DNA of 25,933 nucleotides from an uncultured bacterium (lineage in GTDB: Bacteria; CSSED10-310; CAZUFC01): positions 1-25,933 of the forward strand of contig CAZUFC010000111.1 of the NCBI GenBank assembly GCA_964619725.1, in the 5' to 3' direction. Shown in pieces: positions 1 to 9,700 of the stretch. The position numbers were made by a program, and so were the translations under genes. The first letter of the stretch is position 1, and each line of letters begins with the position of its first letter. The notes beneath the pieces are model-generated. The model was not told the origin of the DNA and did no database searches. It saw nothing but the letters and a program-made list of their open reading frames with translations.

Positions 1-1
1 G

Positions 2-58
2 GAATACTTGGAAAAATTTTTCTCCAAAATCCTGCACAGCGGAAAAAGCTCAGAATGA
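2..58 (+). CDS. Possible 3' end of an upstream gene (EYLEKFFSKILHSGKSSE*), partial
   Basis: Open frame from the window edge to TGA at 56-58, followed by an AT-rich intergenic stretch. Too short to identify. Confidence 0.3.
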   Translation, partial: EYLEKFFSKILHSGKSSE

Positions 59-215
59 GATGCAATTGATCCTCATCGAAAATTGTGTTAGATTATTTCG
101 GCTATAATTGAATGCGGGTCTTCAGCGATGATTTTTGATTTAATTCTGATGCGTCGGTCAAGGTCCGTGAATCATTGTGGAATAATGATGAACCAGGTGA
201 AGGAGGGTGTAAGAA

Positions 216-1427
216 ATGAAAATGATATCACCGGAAAACAAGCTTGTGATAACGGGAGCGGTAAGAACGCCTGTCGGGGCTATCGGAGGCGGCCTGCAGA
301 AATTGCAGGCGTATGAGCTGGCGACTTTAGCCGTCAAGGAATTATTAAAAGTAACAGAGATTGATCCTGAGTTAATCGATTACACGAGCATCGGATGGGT
401 TATGCAGGACCCGCGGACGCCGAACCTGGCAAAGGTAGTTTCGGAAATGGCAGGTATTCCGCCCACAGTTCCGGGCACGACCATTCATGAAAATTGCGCA
501 TCTGGCGGGGCGTCCTTGCACGACATAGTCCGGCGCATAATGGTGGGCGATATTGAGATAGGGATAGCAGGCGGAACGGAGAGCATGAGCAATGTCCCCC
601 GGTATCTTTATGAAGCGAGGATGAAGGGTCGTCTGTATGGCGATTTCAAGCTTGTGGACGGAGTTATGGGGGCGCTGACGGATGTTTTTGTCGGTGAGAA
701 GGGCGAATTGATGGGTTATATGACGGAACGACTGGCGGAAAAGTATGAGGTAAGCCGGGAGCAGCAGGATGAAATAGCTTTTCGAAGTCATGCCAATGCG
801 TTGAAAAGCTGGTCGGAGGGATATTTTGACGATTATGTTTTCCCGGTGGAGATTCCTCAGAGAAAAAAGGAGCCCATCATTGTAAACAGGGATGAAGGTC
901 CGAAGGCTATAACCATGGAAGCTTTGCAGAGTCAACGACCTTATTTTAAACCCGGAGACGGGACGATAACTGCTGCGAATTCCTCAACCATCAACGACGG
1001 CGCCGCCATGGTTTTGATTATGACTGAAAAGAAAGCCCGGGAGTTGAATCAGACGCCCCTGGCTGCCGTCGTAGGATATCATAATATCGGCGTACAGAGA
1101 GAATACATGGGTGAAGGAGCATTCCAGGTCATTCCGCCTCTGGTGAAGAAACACGATCTGAACATAAGCGATCTGGATTTACTTGAGATCAACGAAGCTT
1201 TTGCGGCTGTTCTGGGCGGCGCTTTCAACTCACTTAAAGAACTCACGCCCGATAAAGTCAACCAATGGGGCAGCGGTATTTCCCTGGGTCATCCTGTCGG
1301 TTGCACGGGAGCCAGACAAATTGTGGATATGGTGCATCAGTTGAAACGTCGAAACAAAAAATTGGGCCTTACGTCACGCTGCGTCGGCGGCGGCATCGGA
1401 AGCGGAGAAATATTGATGTCATATTGA
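216..1427 (+). CDS. Acetyl-CoA C-acyltransferase (thiolase family)
   Basis: N-terminal GAVRTPVG; catalytic Cys in CASG; GGTESMS; NEAFA; GHPVGCTG; C-terminal CVGGGIG. GGAGG RBS at 202-206. Confidence 0.95.
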   Translation: MKMISPENKLVITGAVRTPVGAIGGGLQKLQAYELATLAVKELLKVTEIDPELIDYTSIGWVMQDPRTPNLAKVVSEMAGIPPTVPGTTIHENCASGGASLHDIVRRIMVGDIEIGIAGGTESMSNVPRYLYEARMKGRLYGDFKLVDGVMGALTDVFVGEKGELMGYMTERLAEKYEVSREQQDEIAFRSHANALKSWSEGYFDDYVFPVEIPQRKKEPIIVNRDEGPKAITMEALQSQRPYFKPGDGTITAANSSTINDGAAMVLIMTEKKARELNQTPLAAVVGYHNIGVQREYMGEGAFQVIPPLVKKHDLNISDLDLLEINEAFAAVLGGAFNSLKELTPDKVNQWGSGISLGHPVGCTGARQIVDMVHQLKRRNKKLGLTSRCVGGGIGSGEILMSY

Positions 1428-1597
1428 ACATTTTGATTCTGGCGATTATTCAGTAACGGATACTTTCAAAACGTTTCCAGGACTCAGCCTGAATAATCAT
1501 ATTTCAGAGCGAAATGCCGGACTGCGATATGCCGGCCGGTAAATTCAAAATGACGTAAAACGATATCCTGGAGCTCTTACTTTTAATCTAATAGAAG

Positions 1598-1648
1598 GCG
1601 CCTGTCCATAATTCATTTTTAACCCAACCTGGTCGGAAGGACAGGCGC
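1598..1648. repeat. Intergenic palindromic element, copy 1 (GCGCCTGTCC-N31-GGACAGGCGC)
   Basis: Perfect 10-bp inverted arms at 1598-1607 and 1639-1648. Related copies at 11684, 18381 and 20866. Confidence 0.8.
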
Positions 1649-1690
1649 TTCGAGATTTCACAGCTTACTCAGCGGTTATTTGTCCAATCT

Positions 1691-1733
1691 TGTCAAAGTT
1701 AAATTGACATACAAGAGCGGCTTTTCTTAATCT
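1691..1733 (+). promoter_or_regulatory. Putative sigma70 promoter (TTGACA-N18-TAATCT) with an overlapping TGTCAA-N7-TTGACA dyad
   Basis: TTGACA at 1704-1709, TAATCT at 1728-1733, TGTCAA at 1691-1696. Confidence 0.4.
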
Positions 1734-1809
1734 GATAGTCAGCCATCAGCACGGAAGAAGAGACTGGTGAGGTTGACTGATAATGTTACATCAAAGTGAA
1801 CAATAATTT

Positions 1810-3660
1810 ATGCAAACCGGTATAATGAGAAAGGGACAAACAAGGAATCAAAACTTAAGATCAGGAGTTTTTTCCCCTCGATACAGGGCTTTTCCGAGAT
1901 TAAGCCATAAGGCGGCCTTGGCGGCTCTGGCGATAATTTTATGCCTGTTGGAAGCGCTGGCTTACATTTACAGGTACGAACCGAAATCGCCGTGGTATTC
2001 TCATCCGTCGGGGTGGGGCGCACGCGTATGGCTGATCATGGGTATAGCCCATTATCTTGCGGGGGCATATTTTATTTTCAAAGCCCTGTTTGACGACTTC
2101 AAACGCATGCGCATCATCAGCCTGGCGGCGCTCGGACTTGCAGCATTCATCACGCTCTATGGTGCAGGCGATTCTTCCCTGGCTCGCATCAACTCTGAAG
2201 CTACTCAACAGCTCGCCGGGGGCATGCATGGATGGACAATGCCCGATTTCGGATACAGCGGCGCCTGTCATATCTTTCTGGGCTATCCCATGCGTCAGTA
2301 TTTAGTCGCCTCTCTCCCTTCGATAATCATAGGACCCGGCGCCCTGGCGCTCCATCTGGGCTGGGCGCTTCCTTTCCTTTTCGGATGCTTACTGCTCTAT
2401 GCGGGAATGAGGAAATTCTTCCAGCGCAGAGGAGTAGTTCCCGAAATTTCCGCTTGCCTGGTTCTGGCCATTTTCACATTTCCCTACATGATAAAATTTT
2501 TAAGACGGTTTGAGCAGGGCAGCATACCTTCAGCATTTGTCGCGGCAGCATTAGGCTGGGTTCTGCTTTTTTTATTGCGGCCTAATTTCATCCGGCTCAC
2601 AGGAGTAATCTGGAGCGGCGCCATGCTGGGCGCCAGTTACACCCCTTCGCTCAGCGCCTGGTCTTTATTGCTTGCCTTCGCAACCTTGATGGCCATACAC
2701 AATATCCGCAGTTCCGACTGGGGGCGCGTCTGGGGATGGTGCGCCGTATTCTTTCCCATCCTGTTCACGGGGGCATTCATTTTTTTACTTAGAAACGACG
2801 CTAATCTTCTGGGTTACAGCGGATATGTCAAAAAAGTATCCGTTTGGCCGTCTCTGGTGCAAGCGGCTGCGACCTACTTCCGTTTCGATTTTCCAGCAAG
2901 CGGAGAACCTGAATACAGTTACTTTTTCATCGCGCCCGTGCTTCTCCTGTTTATCGGTTACCTTTTTCTGGGACTTATGGGCCGCCTGGGTATAATTTCC
3001 GCCATGATATCTCTGTGGACGATAGCCGTATTCATGGCTTCAACCCTTATGGCGGGCACATCTTCGGCGCCGGCCCATATTCAGTTGCATCGGACGTTGC
3101 CGGCGGTTCCCATATTACTTTTCGACATAACGAGAAATATTGCTGATTTTTTGTATAACCGCAGGAAGACCGGCAAACGACGCGCACAGGTCTCGCTTTC
3201 ATTTCTCCTGCTGGCGATCTTCGGTTACAGTTCCATCCAATTATTTTTAAACGATCAGTCGCTTTTTTTGAGAACCTTGCCGCCCGTATTAAAAGCCTTT
3301 CAACCTGAACTCGAACGCCCCCCAAGCCCGTTATGCAGCAATTTACCGACGACCTGCCCTGTTCTCGTACTGAGCGAAGCTTATATGCTTAAAAATTTAA
3401 AGGATCGCTCCAAGTATTTTATTCCCGGAACGCCATTGTATGTATTCAGGGTTAACATACCTTCTGAATTGGACCTCAGCCGGGGACTGCGGCTGTATGT
3501 CGATTCCCGCATCGATGTTCCGGAAGAATATCGTCCGGTCATCGCCAAAGCCATTCCTGTCAAGACTATGGAATTCCGGTGTGAGAACAACAAGCAGTAT
3601 TTAATGCGTTTCGATTTGCCTGCCGGGATTTACTCGCACCTTTTATTGTCCGAAAGATAA
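1810..3660 (+). CDS. Polytopic membrane protein, probable GT-C fold (ArnT/PMT-like) glycosyltransferase; start uncertain
   Basis: Many hydrophobic segments plus a soluble C-terminal domain. The segment INSEATQQ...LGYPMRQYLVASLPSIIIGPGALALHLGWALPFLFGCLLLYAGMRKFF resembles the first external loop and following helices of ArnT-like enzymes. No clear RBS at 1810. Confidence 0.55.
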   Translation: MQTGIMRKGQTRNQNLRSGVFSPRYRAFPRLSHKAALAALAIILCLLEALAYIYRYEPKSPWYSHPSGWGARVWLIMGIAHYLAGAYFIFKALFDDFKRMRIISLAALGLAAFITLYGAGDSSLARINSEATQQLAGGMHGWTMPDFGYSGACHIFLGYPMRQYLVASLPSIIIGPGALALHLGWALPFLFGCLLLYAGMRKFFQRRGVVPEISACLVLAIFTFPYMIKFLRRFEQGSIPSAFVAAALGWVLLFLLRPNFIRLTGVIWSGAMLGASYTPSLSAWSLLLAFATLMAIHNIRSSDWGRVWGWCAVFFPILFTGAFIFLLRNDANLLGYSGYVKKVSVWPSLVQAAATYFRFDFPASGEPEYSYFFIAPVLLLFIGYLFLGLMGRLGIISAMISLWTIAVFMASTLMAGTSSAPAHIQLHRTLPAVPILLFDITRNIADFLYNRRKTGKRRAQVSLSFLLLAIFGYSSIQLFLNDQSLFLRTLPPVLKAFQPELERPPSPLCSNLPTTCPVLVLSEAYMLKNLKDRSKYFIPGTPLYVFRVNIPSELDLSRGLRLYVDSRIDVPEEYRPVIAKAIPVKTMEFRCENNKQYLMRFDLPAGIYSHLLLSER

Positions 3661-3665
3661 GGAAA

Positions 3666-3700
3666 AGCCCGGCAGAAGACTGAAATCTAACGGCCGGGCT
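3666..3700. terminator. Hairpin between convergent genes, probable terminator
   Basis: AGCCCGGC (3666-3673) pairs with GCCGGGCT (3693-3700), 19-nt loop. The A-run on the left gives a U-tract on the minus strand. Confidence 0.55.
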
Positions 3701-3719
3701 CTATTGGTTTACCGGTTGA

Positions 3720-6700
3720 CTACTTCCTTTCCTTCAACAGTTTTCTATTGCCCAGTATTGCACAGGCAAAGAGAACCAGCAGGGCGAAAATTCCCAATCC
3801 GCTGAAAGCGGGAATGGGTGCGGGAGTTGGTGTTTGAGTAATAGTAGGCGTCCAGGATGAAGTCGGCGAATAACTCGGCGTCGGGGTTTCCGAGGGAGTC
3901 AGCGTGGGAGACTGTGTAGGAGTGCCGGTACGAGTGGCCGTAGCTGTGCGGGTAGGACTTATGGTGGGTGTGTTTGTAATCGTCGGCGTCTGCGTGATTG
4001 TTGGAGTGCTGGTGACGGTCGGGGGTATAGTGATTGTCGGCGTCTGAGTGACGGTTGGAGTGAGAGTAACCGTGGGTGTTTGCGTTACGGTCGGCGTGAG
4101 CGTGAAAGTCGGAGTCATCGTTATGGTTGGCGTAGGAGTTTCGGTCGCTTTAACAAGCTCAAAGTCCTGGTTAACCAGAATGTTCATATCGACTTCCAGC
4201 CCTGAAAGAGTTTGCGGGACATAGCCGTCAGCGCCTGCCGTCACGTTGTATGTGCCGTTCTGCAGCCTGAGTATGTCATAGTATCCTGCGGGGTTGCTGC
4301 CGTCAGCGTCCGATTTTCCTCCTGAAGCCGTAACCGTGGCGCCTTCTATCGGCGACAGAGAACCGTATTCGCGGACGTATCCGGTTATCCCGCCGCCTAC
4401 ATGAAAGCTCCAGTCATATCCGGGACAGTCATAGCAGACTTCGTAATCGTCGGCATCATGCAATTCCAAAGCGACCATTATATCGGCAGATTCGTCGGTC
4501 ACCGGCCAATAGAAAGAATACCATTCATTTTCATTGGGATTCAGACTCATCATTCCGTCTTCATCTTCTTCGTGACTGTCATATTCGGGTTCGCTCAAAT
4601 TGCCGTCCGTATCGACTTTCATCGTGCAAGCCAGATCATAGGCGTTAAAGGGATGAGGATTCTCCGCCCGGACCTGTATTCTCGCCGTTTCACCCGGATA
4701 GAATACATTCATCGTATCACCCTCCGGATTCGTGATTTTCACTTCCAGTATCCGCGGCGGAAGATCGATAGAATATCCTTCGCAGAACTGCGGCAGCTCC
4801 TGAGCGATATCGTCGGCTTCCTGTTGGCTGCCTGCGCAGATATTGACCATTATTGAATCCAGTCTCAAAACGCACATGGAATTGGTCGATACCACGTAAT
4901 GACCTCCGTTGAAATGTTGAGTTCTGATGGAAAAAGTGTTTGACGCGGAACCGTCGGGATTGATGTTGAGGTATCCCGGGTCAAAAGCGAAGCCGTATGT
5001 ACCCCGCGGAATAAGGTCATTTAATTCGCCGATCAAGTGGTTGTTGATGTATAGTTTGATGTAATGTCTCCTTACGTCGGGTCTGGGATTGAACGTAGTG
5101 AACATTGCAGCTCCCACGACAGCTTCAGAACCGAGACTGACGTCGAAATGCATATTGATGTTCGGACGGTTGGTGCAGAACCAGTTAGCCATCGTGTAGC
5201 ATAGCTTGGGCTCTGCAACCACGGCCTCAAAAACCTGGCGAGGAGCTTCGCATTCAAACGTTAACGGCAAGGTTTGTTCGACGCCGCCTGCCTCCGCATG
5301 AAGGTCGCCCTGGATCAAGGTCTCGCCTAACTCGAACAAAGGTTCCACATAAAAGTCCAGGTTCGATCCTGCGCCCATTCGATAATGTTCGATTCGCGGT
5401 ACGAACAACACGTTTCCGATGAGTCCGTTCTGAGCAACGACAGTCATATCTGTGACCGGATCACTCATATTGGCCACCCTGCATTCTTTGATCTCCGAAA
5501 CAGGATCAGAATTTTCTTCAGTGACCAGAAAATAGACGTCAGGCCACTGTACGCAAATATCAGTGGGAGCGCTGTCCGTAATGGGGTCTCCGTCCTCATC
5601 CGCCACCAGCGTTAGCGTCGTTGCGAAACATACCTCCAGAGGCTTATCATTGCCGGCCTGGACATCCTGGGCATGAATGACCAGTTCAATATCCATCACT
5701 TCGCCCGGCAGCAAGGTTACGGTCTCATCCTCGCTTCCCGGTCCGACGAAATTGACGATCAACTCTTCGTGCGGATTATCGATGTGAAGTTCAACCGTAT
5801 GGCTGACCACATCCTGGTTCTCAACACCCACAAAAACATGCTGATCGTAATCCCTTTCCACAGTAAACACGTAATTATCCTCGGTAAAAACCACTCCGTT
5901 TCCGACTTCGAAGGTCCAAATTTCCGAATCAAACTCACCGCAAAGGGAAACACTATGAATAAACCATTCATAAGTCTCATTGCGAGCCAGGCTCTCCACT
6001 TCGAGCTCATGCTGCGTTTCATCCTGCCCCACAGGTACGATCAGCCAGACCGGTTCGCCCACGATCCTGTAATGGAGCCAGGTATTCGCAATATCGGACG
6101 TATGCCAACTGAACGTAACCTCATTGCTGCCGGAAGTTATTCCGTCCTGGGGATAACGCTGCGATATCTCGACATTCCCGCCGACGTCCAGGACGGCTTC
6201 ACATGAATAATCCTCGCCCAATACGGATGAAGCGGCGGTCACTTCAAACGGGTAGGTATCGACCGACGAACATGAATCTGGAATCTCGACAGTCAAAACG
6301 GCGACGCCCGATTCACCGGCGTTCAAAGTCAACTGTGCCGGTTCAAGGGTATGCCACGAAGCCGGCAAATCTCCTGATACGGCGAGATCGAATATATCAA
6401 TGCCCATATTCGAATTATCCACCGTTACGGTGAATTCAGCAACTCCTCCGACCGTCGCCGTATCTTCTTCCGGATCAATACCCACGGCAACGCCGCCGAT
6501 GCAGTATTGGATGGGATCGCCTTTTTCCGCTTCATTGTTGTTCTCATTCAATTCATCTATTTCTTCCAAAACATCAACTTCCACGATTATCCGAACGTCG
6601 CATGCTGCAGTCCAGAATTCCGCTGCAGTCGCTGTATCGTTTACCTCAAGTCCCCACATGAGCTGATCGCTCCCGATTTGAACAGGTCCTGTGCCGTCAT

Positions 6701-9700
6701 CCTCATAAAACCTCACAGTGAAAGGATCGCACGGTAAATTCCCGATGTTGTGCACTTCAACCGTGATGATGGTGAGTTCTCCTTCCAAAGGTGCAACAGG
6801 ATCAAAACTGATGCTCTGACTGGTAATCTCCAGGTCCGCGGCCGGGGTCGGCGTATCGGTGGGTAAAGGCGTAGGCGTGAAAGTCGGCATGGGAGTCGGA
6901 GAAAAAGTATCAGTGGGTAATGGCGAAGGCGTCCGGGTCGGCGAATTGGTCGGCGTTGAGGTTATCGTGGGAGTTTGCGTGATAGTCGGCGTTTCCGTTG
7001 CAGTCGCTGTCGGCGATTCGGTCGGCGTCTCCGACGGCGTTTCGCTCGGAGTTTCCGTCGGAGTGTCGGTAGGCGTATCTGTGGGAGTTTCTGTCGGAGT
7101 GTCGGTCGGAGTATCTGTAGGGACATCTGTCGGAGTATCGGTCGGTACCGGCGTCTCCGTCGGCTCAGGAGTGTCGCTCGGTACCGGCGTCTCTGTGGGC
7201 TCAGGAGTGTCACTCGGTACCGGCGTCTCCGTCGGCACAGGCGTTTCGGTCGGCACAGGCGTTTCAGACGGCGCAACTGTCGGCGTGTAATACACTACTC
7301 CCTCATCATCATGGAAACCCATATCCACAGTCCCCAGATCAGCAACCGCATCGGTCCTCGTCGTCAGCTCAGACAGGCATATCGAACCTGCCTCATTCGT
7401 ATAACAGATATTTGCAGACAGGTCGCTGCCGGCATCGACGCAGGGACTCGTCGTCATTTGTCCCGCAGCTATGTGACTTAAATCATAGTAACTGCCCGCG
7501 AATTCAGGATCGGCTTCGATATTCCCGGCGCCCCAGGTCAAAACGGACGTGCCGTCTACATAAACGCCGGCCTGCCCGCCCGCAACGTCGCAATGCGAAA
7601 CTGTAAAAGAGCTGCTTTCCTCAAGAGCCATCTCATCGTAATAACCGTAAACGGAAGTGTTCCCCCAGATAATATTGTTCGTAAACGCGCCTTCCGCCGA
7701 ATCGTAACCGTATACGGCCCCGACGTAATCGCTGCTGTTGTTCGTCATAGTGTTGTTCGTCACTGTCGGTGAAGCTGAACTCCTGATGTCCAGTACGCCG
7801 CCTCCCGTCGAAGTGCAGTAGTTATCAATGAACAAATTGTTCACGATTTCGGGATTGCAGAGACTCTCCATGTATACGGCTCCGCCCTGATCCCCCGTAT
7901 TCTTGGCAATAAAATTGTTGGTGATCGTCGGGGATGATTCGCTCGTACAGTAAATCCCGCCGCCCGACAATCCTTCGTTCTCCGAGATGTTGTTGTCTGT
8001 TATCAGGGGATTCGACGCCGTAAGATACACGGCGCCTCCATGACCGACTATATTGGTCGTGTTGTCCGTCATTAAATTATCGTAAACAGTCGGACTTGAC
8101 TGATCGCAATATAATGCACCGCCGCCTATGCTCCAGGTCCCGTTCCACCGGAATTCGTTTCCGTTTATTTCGCAATCGGAAGCCATTTCGCAATATATCC
8201 CGGCCCCCGCATCTCCTTCATTCGAATGAATCGTATTGCCGGTAATGTGCGGAATTGATACGTTCGTGCAAAATATGCCGCCGCCGCTATAAGCTGTATT
8301 AGCCTGAATCGTATTCCCGGAAATCAACGGTTCAGCAGAATTGTCGCAGAATATGCCGCCGCCCGACATCACCATCATCATCATACCGTTGTTGGAAATC
8401 GTGTTGTTCGTTACCGTAGGCGAAGCGCCGTCGCATGAAATTCCGCCGCCCGTACTGTCCGCTTCGTTCGAATCAATCGTGTTGCCGTGAATCTGAGGTT
8501 GACTCTCCGAACAGTAAATGCCGCCTCCTTCCGAGCCTGAATTCATCGATATCGTATTGTTCATGATAGCAGCGTTCGAGTCCGTTTCACAATTGATGCC
8601 GCCGCCCTGCATCGACATGTTTTCATTAATCGTATTCGGCGTCATTGCACCGATTTGAGGTGATGAATATTCAAGATAAATTCCGCCCCCGCCCGACATG
8701 GCCTCATTGCCGTTGATCTGATTGTCGTCGATCGGAGGATCAGAACTTGTGCAGGCTATTCCGCCGCCGTAATCGGAATAATTGTATTCTATCGTGTTCC
8801 CCTGTATCACGGGAACGGCTCCATTGGCGCAATATATACCGCCGCCGTACATTCCCATCATCATCATGAGATTGTTCATGGATATCTCATTGTTGGTTAT
8901 CGTCGGCGATGATCCGTCACAGTATATGCCGCCGCCGGATTCCGCCTGGTTATCTTCAATCGTATTCCCCTGAATCGTTGAATTCACTGAACCTGCACAG
9001 GCAATACCGCCGCCGTACATCCCCATCATCATCATGGCATTATTCTGCCATATATGATTATCGACGATATCCGGAGAACAATCCTCCAAATAAATGCCGC
9101 CGCCCATCGACGTCCCGTCATTATTCATGATCTCATTGTTGGTGATGGCGGGTTCGGAATTCCGGCATGCAATGCCGCCGCCCGCATCTGAATAATTTCC
9201 GTCCACATTATTGTTCGTTATCATCGCATTGGACGAATCCTCCAAGGCTATGCCGCCGCCGAACATACCCATCATCATCATTTGATTATTCATCGTAATA
9301 GTGTTCGTATCGATCAGGGGCGAGGAGCCGCTGCAGTATATGCCGCCGCCAGTGTCTCCGTTATTGTCCGATATCGTATTTCCCTGAATGGTCGGTTCAG
9401 CTCCTGACAGACAGGCGATACCGCCGCCGTACATCCCGTTCATCATGCCGTTGTTATAATCAATATTGTTGTCGATAATGTTCGGATTGCAGGATTCGAC
9501 GTAAATGCCGCCGCCGTAACTCTGTCCGTCGTTTGTCGTAATAGTGTTGCCCTCTATCTGAACGTCGGAACTCGAACAATAAATGCCGCCGCCGCTGTCG
9601 GAATAGTTCCCGTCGACGGTGTTATTCGTTATCGTAGCATTGGACATTGATTCGCAGGCTATTCCGCCGCCGTACATGCCCATCATGGCCATCTGGTTGT

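Noticed and set aside
7144-7265. 36-nt repeats resembling CRISPR repeats in length
   Set aside because: Directly tandem with no unique spacers, in frame within the Pro/Thr stalk, and no cas genes.
6859-7481. Val/Gly- and Arg-rich ORFs (6859-7290 +, 6962-7276 -, 6975-7481 +)
   Set aside because: Antisense or alternate-frame shadows of the Pro/Thr repeat.
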